Below, piece by piece: positions 1 to 6,425 of a stretch of DNA of 64,000 bases. The notes beneath the pieces are model-generated. The model was not told the DNA's origin, did not search any database, and was given only the letters and a program-made list of their open reading frames with translations. This DNA is from Methylotenera sp. (lineage in GTDB: Bacteria > Pseudomonadota > Gammaproteobacteria > Burkholderiales > Methylophilaceae). The DNA lies in contig JBGAVG010000005.1 of the NCBI GenBank assembly GCA_044228245.1, positions 5,557 through 69,556 on the forward strand. Direction: 5' to 3'. How positions within the stretch are numbered: position 1 is the first letter of the stretch; each line of letters starts with the position of its first letter. The position numbers and the translations under genes were made by a program.

Positions 1-937
1 CTTTGCCACCTTTGTTCAATACATGCGTATAAATCATGGTAGTCGCCACATTTTCATGCCCCAGCAGCTCTTGCACGGTGCGGATATCATAACCACCCTG
101 CAGCAGATGCGTGGCAAAGCTGTGCCGTAAAGTATGCGGCGTGGCAGGTTTGGTAATGCCCGCGCGGCGGCATGCCGCCTTAATAGCGCGCTGTATCGTC
201 TCATCGGCCAGATGATGGCGCCGCACCTTACCGGAACGCGGGTCTGTTGAAAGCGTTGTAGAGGGGAACACATACTGCCAGCCCCACTCCTTGCCTGCGT
301 TCGGGTATTTTCGCTCTAAGGCATAAGGCAAAAACACCTCTCCCCCGCCGCTCGCCAAATCTTGTTCATGCAAATGTTTTACTTGCAGCAAATGTCCGCG
401 CAGCGGCTCTATCGCCATCTTTGGCAACATGGTCACACGGTCTTTAAAGCCTTTGCCCTCGCGCACCAGAATCTCGCCACGCTTCAGGTCAACATCCTTC
501 ACCCGCATGCGCAAAACTTCCATCAAACGCAAGCCGGAGCCATACAACAAACTAGCCGCCAGCCAATGCACGCCTTGCAACTGGCCTAACAATGCGCGCA
601 CTTCATCGTTATCCAGCACCGTTGGCAATCTGCGCGGCTTTTGCGCCTGCTCTACGTTATCCAGCCAAGGCAGCTCCTGCCCCAGCACATACTTATACAA
701 AAACAGCAAAGCACTACGCGCCTGGTTTTGCGTGCTGGCAGAAACATGGCCATCCACCGCCAGATGCGTTAAAAACGCCTCAACCTCCGGCGCGCCCAAT
801 TCGCCGGGGTGCCGCTTGCCGTGAAACAAAATGAAGCGCTTAACCCACTGCACATAGGCCTCTTCCGTTCTTATGCTATAGTGCTTTAAACGGATTTTGT
901 TGCGGACAGAATCTAAAAACGGGGATTGCGATGCCAT
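1..937 (-). CDS. intI: Integron integrase IntI (tyrosine recombinase); 3' end runs off the window
   Basis: Own translation from the ATG at 937: [44 protein letters not shown]... It contains the IntI-type extra segment [24 protein letters not shown] and the catalytic box [39 protein letters not shown]. It is missing from the ORF track because the ORF is open at position 1. Confidence 0.9.
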   Translation of the reverse strand, partial: MASQSPFLDSVRNKIRLKHYSIRTEEAYVQWVKRFILFHGKRHPGELGAPEVEAFLTHLAVDGHVSASTQNQARSALLFLYKYVLGQELPWLDNVEQAQKPRRLPTVLDNDEVRALLGQLQGVHWLAASLLYGSGLRLMEVLRMRVKDVDLKRGEILVREGKGFKDRVTMLPKMAIEPLRGHLLQVKHLHEQDLASGGGEVFLPYALERKYPNAGKEWGWQYVFPSTTLSTDPRSGKVRRHHLADETIQRAIKAACRRAGITKPATPHTLRHSFATHLLQGGYDIRTVQELLGHENVATTMIYTHVLNKGGK

Positions 938-943
938 ATGGTA

Positions 944-972
944 TTGACTATAGTTTAAAGGCTCCCTATTAT
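944..972 (+). promoter_or_regulatory. Candidate cassette promoter (Pc-like), TTGACT-N17-TATTAT
   Basis: -35 TTGACT at 944-949, a 17-nt spacer, and -10 TATTAT at 967-972. It points into the cassette array. Confidence 0.4.
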
Positions 973-996
973 TGACCTAATTTGATGATATGACAA
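968..996 (-). promoter_or_regulatory. Candidate intI promoter, TTGTCA-N17-AATAAT on the minus strand
   Basis: The reverse complement of 991-996 is TTGTCA, followed by a 17-nt spacer; the reverse complement of 968-973 is AATAAT. It lies face to face with the Pc candidate, about 30 nt upstream of the intI ATG. Confidence 0.3.
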
Positions 997-1053
997 GAAA
1001 AATGAAAAATAATACGCTCGTTTACACACCGTCATTGGGACGGTTACTTAATA

Positions 1054-1060
1054 GTTGGGC
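1054..1060 (+). other. attI recombination core GTTGGGC (crossover G|TT at 1054/1055)
   Basis: Fits GTTRRRY and lies 12 nt before the first cassette ATG. TTGGGC is the exact complement of the R'' box GCCCAAC (1969-1975) of the first attC. Confidence 0.7.
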
Positions 1061-1071
1061 GTCTCAAGCGC

Positions 1072-1953
1072 ATGAATAGCCAATCCTGCACGAGAAGAGA
1101 TTTTTTGATCGCCGTCGTCAGCGTTCTGGCGACAATACCTGTCGTGTCTGCCGCAAGCACTGAAGACGAGCCTGCTTCTATCGCCGATATTGAGGCGAAG
1201 GTTGGCGGGAGGGTCGGCGTTTTTGCCGTGGATACAGGAAGCGGCAAAGTATTGGCACACAGGCCGGATGAACGCTTCGCGATGTGCTCGACATTCAAGT
1301 GGGTGCTTGTAGCAACCATTCTTGCGCAGGTGGAGCGAAATATGGTGTCACTCGGCGACCGTGTTTTGTATGGGCCGGCTGATCTTCTGGCTTATGCCCC
1401 TGTCACAAGCAAGCATGTTGCGGAAGGCTTCATGACCGTGGGCGATTTGAGCCGTGCTGCGATTGTGGTCAGTGATAATACGGCTGCCAATCTGCTGCTC
1501 TCCAAATTGGGCGGCCCGTCGGCTGTTACCGAGTTCGCCCGGTCGTGCGGTGATGCTGTAACACGTCTCGACAGAAACGAGCCCACGCTCAATGACAATG
1601 AGGCAGACGATCTCCGCGACACAACCTCACCTCGGGCGATGGCTACGTTGATGAGGAAGGTTCTGTGCGGAAATCGCCTTTCATCTACATCCCGTGATCT
1701 TTTGCTGCAATGGCTGCGCGACTGTGAAACGGGCTATGATCGTTTGCGAGCGAAGCTGCCCAAGGATTGGCTGGTTGGCGACAAAACCGGCACGGGGGAG
1801 CGTGGCGCAGTTAACGATGTGGCAATCGCCATTCCTCCCGGTCGTTCTCCCATTCTTATTGCGGCGTTTCTAAGTGAGGGAAGAGTAGACCGCCCGGTTT
1901 TGGTCGCCGCGCACGCCGGTATCAGTCGTCTGATAGCACATCATTTCGCATGA
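1072..1953 (+). CDS. Class A (serine) beta-lactamase with twin-arginine signal peptide; cassette 1 (1055-2029)
   Basis: 293 aa. Motifs: S-x-x-K (MCSTFKW), SDN (VVSDNTAAN), the E166 loop (LDRNEPTLN) and KTG (GDKTGTG). The N-terminus MNSQSCTRRDFLIAVVSVLATIPVVSAAS matches the Tat consensus S/T-R-R-x-F-L. Confidence 0.85.
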   Translation: MNSQSCTRRDFLIAVVSVLATIPVVSAASTEDEPASIADIEAKVGGRVGVFAVDTGSGKVLAHRPDERFAMCSTFKWVLVATILAQVERNMVSLGDRVLYGPADLLAYAPVTSKHVAEGFMTVGDLSRAAIVVSDNTAANLLLSKLGGPSAVTEFARSCGDAVTRLDRNEPTLNDNEADDLRDTTSPRAMATLMRKVLCGNRLSSTSRDLLLQWLRDCETGYDRLRAKLPKDWLVGDKTGTGERGAVNDVAIAIPPGRSPILIAAFLSEGRVDRPVLVAAHAGISRLIAHHFA

Positions 1954-1968
1954 CCATTGCCCTGTTAC

Positions 1969-2035
1969 GCCCAACCCATCATTCCAGCGGACCTGCGCGA
2001 AAAGCCGCGCAGGCCGGTGAATTCAGACGTTAGGG
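1969..2035 (+). repeat. attC site 1 (67 bp)
   Basis: R'' GCCCAAC ... imperfect GC-rich palindrome CTGCGCG/CGCGCAG ... R' GTTAGGG. Confidence 0.8.
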
Positions 2036-2040
2036 TAATC

Positions 2041-2307
2041 ATGTCATCTACTCGCTTCGCCCTATTACTTCATCCAAATGCTCCTCAAGAATTTCTCTCA
2101 TTGGTTTCTTCTTGTCTCCGAATTCACAATGAGGAACGCTATCTGTACGGAAGCAAGGTGGAACACATCGGGGGATTTGTTGAGTTCCACATAATTGAGA
2201 AAGACCGTCCAGATTGGCCTGTTCAAATACCTGTGGGTTATATCGTAGCCATCGCAGATATGTCAAAACACCAAGCAGTTCCAGGCTTTCTGTCGGGTAG
2301 CAAATAA
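2041..2307 (+). CDS. Hypothetical 88-aa protein; cassette 2 (2030-2410)
   Basis: The ATG is 6 nt after the attC R' box, preceded by AGGG, and the ORF ends before the next attC. It has the same orientation as the other cassettes. No recognisable motif; an antisense ORF competes with it. Confidence 0.5.
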   Translation: MSSTRFALLLHPNAPQEFLSLVSSCLRIHNEERYLYGSKVEHIGGFVEFHIIEKDRPDWPVQIPVGYIVAIADMSKHQAVPGFLSGSK

Positions 2308-2359
2308 CCGGCATACCTGGCTTCCAAGTCATGGCATATCTAGTCCAATCATCCATATC

Positions 2360-2416
2360 CCCTAACCCCTCATTCAACCGCGACCACTTCGCGGCGCGTT
2401 AATTCTAACGTTAGCC
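2360..2416 (+). repeat. attC site 2 (57 bp)
   Basis: R'' CCCTAAC is the reverse complement of G+TTAGGG at the cassette 2 start; R' is GTTAGCC. Close relative of attC 4. Confidence 0.8.
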
Positions 2417-2427
2417 CTAAAATTAGC

Positions 2428-3099
2428 ATGTCATCAAATAACTTTAAATTATCACGAGTCTCGGGACAGCCAGTTAGTGATTCTGAGCTTCTCATGGATT
2501 TGAAACGCGTTAGCGAAATGCTGAACACATCAAAGGTATCTATGCCCAAGTACAATGAACTTGGCAATTACGATAACACTACGGTGGCAAGGCGCTTTGG
2601 CACTTGGAACAATGCACTAATCAAAGCAGGTTTGGCGGTCTCAAACGAAACCAACATTCCAGATGAACGCTTATTTGAAAACATTTTAACGTTATGGCAA
2701 CACTTTGGTCGCCAGCCCAGACGCAGCGAATTGGCAAAAGCGCCTTCGACTATTTCGCAGAGCCCTTACAACAGAAGATTTAGTTCATGGACAACGGCAT
2801 TAGAAGCTTTCATTGAGTATGCCAACGCTGGTGGAACTGATGTACCAACAGTAGTATCAAGTAACGAAAGCCAACCCAAAACAGGCAGAGACCCCTCTCT
2901 TAGGCTTCGTTGGCATGTGCTACAACGAGACCGCTTCACTTGCTGTGCTTGCGGTGCAAGCCCAGCAATCACACAAGGGGTTGAACTGCACGTTGACCAT
3001 ATAATTCCATGGAGTAAGGGCGGTGAAACAATATTAGCCAATCTTCAAACCCTTTGTTCCACATGTAATCTGGGTAAATCCAATGTATATTCAGGCTAA
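2428..3099 (+). CDS. HNH endonuclease with N-terminal homing-endonuclease-associated repeats; cassette 3 (2411-3147)
   Basis: C-terminal HNH motif [32 protein letters not shown] with paired Cys (CCACG...CSTCN). N-terminal repeated units ...[16 protein letters not shown] / ...[14 protein letters not shown]. The stop codon lies inside the attC R'' box. Confidence 0.8.
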   Translation: MSSNNFKLSRVSGQPVSDSELLMDLKRVSEMLNTSKVSMPKYNELGNYDNTTVARRFGTWNNALIKAGLAVSNETNIPDERLFENILTLWQHFGRQPRRSELAKAPSTISQSPYNRRFSSWTTALEAFIEYANAGGTDVPTVVSSNESQPKTGRDPSLRLRWHVLQRDRFTCCACGASPAITQGVELHVDHIIPWSKGGETILANLQTLCSTCNLGKSNVYSG

Positions 3100-3153
3100 C
3101 CCATCCATCAAGCGGGACGCGCTAAAGCGCGCCCCTTATGTCAAACGTTAGGG
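3094..3153 (+). repeat. attC site 3 (60 bp)
   Basis: R'' GGCTAAC is the reverse complement of G+TTAGCC at the cassette 3 start. Palindrome GGGACGCGC/GCGCGCCCC. R' GTTAGGG. Confidence 0.8.
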
Positions 3154-3161
3154 TTTTCATT

Positions 3162-3542
3162 ATGGGATTGCTCGATGGACTCGAAAAACTGATTAACGAG
3201 CACGGTTCGGCTACGATATTGAAGGAGCGCATTGCGCTTCTTAACGACCAGCATGCGCTTGTCGAAAAGCAAGCCGCTGCGCTTAAGGAGCAAATAACGC
3301 ACCTTCAAGGCGAGAATGAGCGTCTTAAGCTCGATAAACAGCAGCTGCAACAACAGATAAAAACACTGGAATCTTCTCATAACATAAACCCTCACAATTA
3401 CGTCTGCGACCACTGTGGCAGCGATAATCTAAATAGAGCTGGCAGCAGACCAGACCCAACATTCGGCGATTTAGGCATAAAGCAATCTTTATTTAACTGC
3501 TTATCATGCGGCAAGCAAAGTGCATTTACACAAAATCCCTAA
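3162..3542 (+). CDS. Coiled-coil protein with C-terminal CxxC...CxxC zinc ribbon; cassette 4 (3148-3593)
   Basis: 126 aa from the ATG at 3162, with AGGG upstream inside R'. Heptad-like stretch LKEQITHLQGENERLKLDKQQLQQQIKTLE, then CDHCGS...CLSCGK. Confidence 0.65.
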   Translation: MGLLDGLEKLINEHGSATILKERIALLNDQHALVEKQAAALKEQITHLQGENERLKLDKQQLQQQIKTLESSHNINPHNYVCDHCGSDNLNRAGSRPDPTFGDLGIKQSLFNCLSCGKQSAFTQNP

Positions 3543-3599
3543 CCTATCATTCAACCCCGACCGCGCCTACAGCGCGGCGGGTTAATTCAAACGTTAGGC
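3537..3599 (+). repeat. attC site 4 (63 bp)
   Basis: R'' CCCTAAC is the reverse complement of G+TTAGGG at the cassette 4 start. Palindrome AACCCCGACCGCGC/GCGCGGCGGGTT. R' GTTAGGC. Confidence 0.8.
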
Positions 3600-3622
3600 G
3601 TCTAAAAAAGAAAGAAATCAAC

Positions 3623-4018
3623 ATGAAGTTGCTTCCGATTCTTGCCGCTGGCTTTGCATATTTTGCGCTTGGGGGCCTTTGGTTTACGCCGTTATTTGGC
3701 AGGCAGTGGGACAAAGCCGTTGGCTTTGAACGCCCGCCAAAATGGCGGCCTAGCACCATTTACTACGTTGGCCCACTATTGGGTTGCCTGGTGGCGGCAT
3801 TTGCAACCGCTTACCTTGCACAGCTTGCTCAAGCGCAGTCGCTCGAGGACTATTTAAGAATTGGACTTCTGGCTGGCATCGGGTACGGTGCACCTATTAC
3901 TGCGGTAAATGCCATCGCCCCGAACATGCAGCATCCTGGACTTTATGCTGCCGTTGTAGGCTCCTACCACATGACAGGCCTGGTGCTTTGCGCCGCGGTT
4001 TTACATTGGCTCTCGTAG
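3623..4018 (+). CDS. DUF1761-like small membrane protein; cassette 5 (3594-4074)
   Basis: 131 aa from the ATG at 3623: MKLLPILAAGFAYFALGGLWFTPLFGRQWDKAVGF..., with several hydrophobic helices. The family assignment is from memory of DUF1761 N-termini. Confidence 0.65.
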   Translation: MKLLPILAAGFAYFALGGLWFTPLFGRQWDKAVGFERPPKWRPSTIYYVGPLLGCLVAAFATAYLAQLAQAQSLEDYLRIGLLAGIGYGAPITAVNAIAPNMQHPGLYAAVVGSYHMTGLVLCAAVLHWLS

Positions 4019-4038
4019 CAAAGCCTCAAGCAAGCCAC

Positions 4039-4080
4039 GCATAACTTGCTGCTCAAGCTGCAAAATGCCGCGCATTAGAG
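4039..4080 (+). repeat. Degenerate, shortened attC (42 bp) between the DUF1761 and brnTA cassettes
   Basis: R'' GCATAAC is one mismatch from the GCCTAAC predicted by the cassette 5 start TTAGGC. The R' position reads ATTAGAG instead of GTTAGAG. TTAGAG is the exact complement of the next attC R'' box CTCTAAC. Confidence 0.6.
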
Positions 4081-4094
4081 CACATCCTCAATAC

Positions 4095-4130
4095 TTGATT
4101 TTTGTATGAAAAAGGTATATTTTATATACC
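4095..4130 (+). promoter_or_regulatory. Candidate brnTA promoter plus palindromic operator
   Basis: TTGATT at 4095-4100, then an A/T-rich -10 region (TATATT/TATATA). The inverted repeat GGTATAT-TTT-ATATACC (4114-4130) abuts the brnT ATG, so there is almost no leader. Confidence 0.4.
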
Positions 4131-4394
4131 ATGATAGTATTTGAATTTGACGAAACAAAAAGTCAGGCGAATCTTCTTAAGCATGGTATCAATTTCATTG
4201 ATGCTCAGGATTTATGGAATGATCCAAGGTTATTGGAAATCCCCGCTAAAACCGAAGATGAGCCAAGATATCTGATGATAGGGCTGATTAACAAGAAACA
4301 CTGGTCAGCAGTTATCACCTATAGAGGCACAAATATTCGACTTATTTCTGTTCGTCGCTCACGCACCGAGGAGGTTGCATTATATGAAAGCTAA
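4131..4394 (+). CDS. brnT: BrnT-family (DUF497) toxin; cassette 6 (4075-4654)
   Basis: 87 aa: MIVFEFDETKSQANLLKHGINFIDAQDLWNDP...IRLISVRRSRTEEVALYE, matching the BrnT pattern (W/FD..K...N..KHG..F..A..F ... R.IS.R.A...E...Y). Confidence 0.8.
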   Translation: MIVFEFDETKSQANLLKHGINFIDAQDLWNDPRLLEIPAKTEDEPRYLMIGLINKKHWSAVITYRGTNIRLISVRRSRTEEVALYES

Positions 4395-4635
4395 AGATTT
4401 TGAACAGCAGTTTGACGAGAATGTTGACATTACAGCCTCGCTGGATTTGTCAAAGGCAAAACGCGTATTGCAAGAGCAAAAGCGCGTGAATGTCGATTTT
4501 CCAACATGGATGATCGAATCCCTGGATCGGGAGGCTGGAAAACTTGGGGTTACGAGGCAGTCCATTATTAAAGTGTGGCTTGCCGAGCGTTTGGAAAAAT
4601 CTACTCTAACGCCTCCATCAAGCGGCACGCGCTAA
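4384..4635 (+). CDS. brnA: BrnA/CopG-like antitoxin
   Basis: The ATG at 4384 lies 9 nt after GAGGAGG and overlaps the brnT 3' end. It carries the ribbon-helix-helix-type segment KRVNVDFPTWMIESLDREAGKLGVTRQSIIKVWL. The last codons read into the attC. Confidence 0.75.
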   Translation: MKAKDFEQQFDENVDITASLDLSKAKRVLQEQKRVNVDFPTWMIESLDREAGKLGVTRQSIIKVWLAERLEKSTLTPPSSGTR

Positions 4636-4660
4636 ACGCGCCCCTTAATCAGACGTTTTT
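4604..4660 (+). repeat. attC site 6, last in the array
   Basis: R'' CTCTAAC is the reverse complement of G+TTAGAG at the cassette 6 start. Core CCATCAAGCGGCACGCGCTAAACGCGCCCCTTAATCAGAC is near-identical to attC 3. R' reads GTTTTTT, with no RRRY, as expected at the array end. Confidence 0.75.
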
Positions 4661-4674
4661 TCTTCAAATCCATC

Positions 4675-4720
4675 GCCCTGCAGCCCGCATGGATATTGCC
4701 TTGCAGGGCATCTAATTTTT
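4675..4720 (+). terminator. Hairpin plus T-run after the last cassette; member of the CCAATATCCATG hairpin family
   Basis: Stem GCCCTGCA (4675-4682) pairs with TGCAGGGC (4702-4709) around a 19-nt loop, followed by 6 nt and TTTTT (4716-4720). Same architecture, and about 80% identity, as 53821-53866. Confidence 0.45.
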
Positions 4721-4844
4721 CTTGGCTTTTGTGTCTTTTTGGGCTTGCGCCCTCTCGCAATTAAGCCTATGCTGGATTTATGCCAGTTATGAACGATGGT
4801 GTTCAGTTCGCCGCCATGTTTGTATATTCTCGCAAGGAGCTAAC

Positions 4845-5081
4845 ATGAAAATTGAAATCAGTGAAGATATCAAAGCATTAGCGACCCTTTGCAAGCATGA
4901 TCTTGCCTGCCTGAAATCAGAAAATCATCCGTTATGTAAAGTACAGGATTGCGTCGACGGCAAAGTGCATTTTATTGAGTGCAAAGACCATAATCCTTGC
5001 GTGTATAAAACATCGTTTGGATACGGGCATGTTTGCGGCTGCCCGGTAAGAAAGGAAATCTACAACAAATATAAAATATAA
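4845..5081 (+). CDS. Small cysteine-rich hypothetical protein (78 aa, 9 Cys)
   Basis: The ATG at 4845 is preceded by AGGAG: MKIEISEDIKALATLCKHDLACLKSENHPLCKVQDCVDGKVHFIECKDHNPCVYKTSFGYGHVCGCPVRKEIYNKYKI. AT-rich, and I recognise no family. Confidence 0.5.
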   Translation: MKIEISEDIKALATLCKHDLACLKSENHPLCKVQDCVDGKVHFIECKDHNPCVYKTSFGYGHVCGCPVRKEIYNKYKI

Positions 5082-5132
5082 CGCCCGCAAGCGTTGCTTC
5101 GCCCACTCTGTCGAGCTTCATAGAACAGCAAC

Positions 5133-5678
5133 ATGACGCGCATTCACAGCTTTGAGCCCATTGCGGATGAAAACGCAGAGATACTGATTCTTGGCAGCAT
5201 GCCGGGACGCGCATCGCTGGCCGCCGGACAATATTATGCGCATGGCCAGAATACTTTCTGGCGCATCATTTGCCATCTGCTTCAGCTTGATATTGCATCT
5301 ACCTATGAGGCAAGAACTCAGGCGCTAAAGTCAGCCAGAATTGCGCTTTGGGATGTGCTGCACTCATGCAGGCGGGAAGGCAGCCTGGATGCGATGATTG
5401 AGCGCGATACGCAGATAGCCAACGATTTTAAGACATTCTTCCAAACGCACAATAAAATCACGCATGTATTTTTTAACGGCGCCAAGGCCGAGGAATATTT
5501 CTTGCGCCATGTGCTGAAAAATATCAACAATAACCCCATCAGTTTTACGCGTTTGCCTTCAACAAGCCCGGCACATGCCGCGATGTCGTTTGAGCAAAAA
5601 CTCAGCGCCTGGAGGGCTATTGAGGCCATCGTGCAAAACTTTGATCATGGCCCGCTAAGTTTGGCAGTTAGCGCGTAG
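5133..5678 (+). CDS. DNA-deoxyinosine (hypoxanthine) glycosylase, UDG superfamily
   Basis: 181 aa with LILGSMPGRASLAAGQYYAHGQNTFWRI and a C-terminal LPSTSPAHA, typical of family-6 UDG/HDG-like enzymes (from memory). Confidence 0.65.
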   Translation: MTRIHSFEPIADENAEILILGSMPGRASLAAGQYYAHGQNTFWRIICHLLQLDIASTYEARTQALKSARIALWDVLHSCRREGSLDAMIERDTQIANDFKTFFQTHNKITHVFFNGAKAEEYFLRHVLKNINNNPISFTRLPSTSPAHAAMSFEQKLSAWRAIEAIVQNFDHGPLSLAVSA

Positions 5679-5771
5679 AGAATAAACAGCTGATGAAAAG
5701 AGCCGTACAAACGCTGCAAATAATTCAACCTTCCAGTTCTATTTTCACCGGTTTAGTTTTAAACTAGCCGC

Positions 5772-6425
5772 ATGAAAACTCCTTTTATTTTATCTTCCGC
5801 CCTGGCCATATACGCCGCAATTGTTGCGCATGAGGCCGATATTGAATCGCTAGACCGCGCGATTGGCGATGGCGACCATTACATCAACATGAAACGCGGC
5901 AGCGAGATGATTGCGGGCATGTATAACGAACTGCTGCCGCTGCCGCCGGAAGACGCGCTGCAAAAAATCAGCATGAAGCTGCTCAGCACTATCGGCGGGG
6001 CTTCGGGGCCATTGTTTGCGAGCTTTTTTATGGGCATGTCCAAATACCTGAAAGAGCACCACGCCAAAATCAACGAAACCAATATGCACCTAGAAACTGC
6101 AGCCGCTTTTGCCTATGGGGTGCAGAGCATGATGATGCGCGGCAAATCCAACGTGGGTGAAAAAACCATGCTGGATGTGCTGGTGCCTGTTTCTACCACA
6201 TTCACCACGATGGCAGCACAAGGCAAACCGGTTGCCGAGATATGCGCCGCTGTAAAAAGCGCTGCCGATAAAGGGCTGGAATACACGCGCAACCTGCTTG
6301 CCACCAAGGGCCGCGCTGCGGGCTTGGGTGAACGTGCGATTGGCCATTTAGACCCCGGCGCGAAAAGCTGCCAGGTGATGACGCATACGGTCTGTGATTT
6401 GGTTTTGAAAGAGATTAAACAATGA
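5772..6425 (+). CDS. dhaL: Dihydroxyacetone kinase subunit L (ADP-binding)
   Basis: 217 aa with the DRAIGDGDHYINMKRG motif (D-x-x-x-G-D-G-D-H-G type). It overlaps dhaK by 4 nt. Confidence 0.8.
   Translation: MKTPFILSSALAIYAAIVAHEADIESLDRAIGDGDHYINMKRGSEMIAGMYNELLPLPPEDALQKISMKLLSTIGGASGPLFASFFMGMSKYLKEHHAKINETNMHLETAAAFAYGVQSMMMRGKSNVGEKTMLDVLVPVSTTFTTMAAQGKPVAEICAAVKSAADKGLEYTRNLLATKGRAAGLGERAIGHLDPGAKSCQVMTHTVCDLVLKEIKQ

Larger units (their letters stand above)
1..4660. mobile_element. Chromosomal integron: intI, attI and six gene cassettes bounded by attC sites
   Basis: Divergent intI, candidate Pc promoter and attI core GTTGGGC. Six attC sites share the same architecture (R'' xxxTAAC ... 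AACGTTAGxx R'). For each cassette, the first six bases are the reverse complement of its own R'' box. Confidence 0.9.

Noticed and set aside
1957-2307. Longer N-terminal extensions of cassette ORFs in the track (1957, 3138, 3506 and 4722 starts).
   Set aside because: The extensions begin at TTG or other starts inside the attC sites or the preceding spacer. Internal ATGs just downstream of R' are the sensible starts.
2048-2377. 109-aa minus-strand ORF inside cassette 2.
   Set aside because: Its start would lie inside the attC, and it runs against the orientation of the array. The plus-strand ORF (2041-2307) starts right after R' with an AGGG site. I cannot fully exclude it without homology data.
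5082-5112. Possible attC after the Cys-rich ORF (ATATAAC-GCCCGCAAGC-GTTGCTT).
   Set aside because: It is only about 24 bp with a 5-bp palindrome. Its R'' does not complement the GTTTTTT junction at 4654-4660, and it lacks the conserved flanks of the six real sites.
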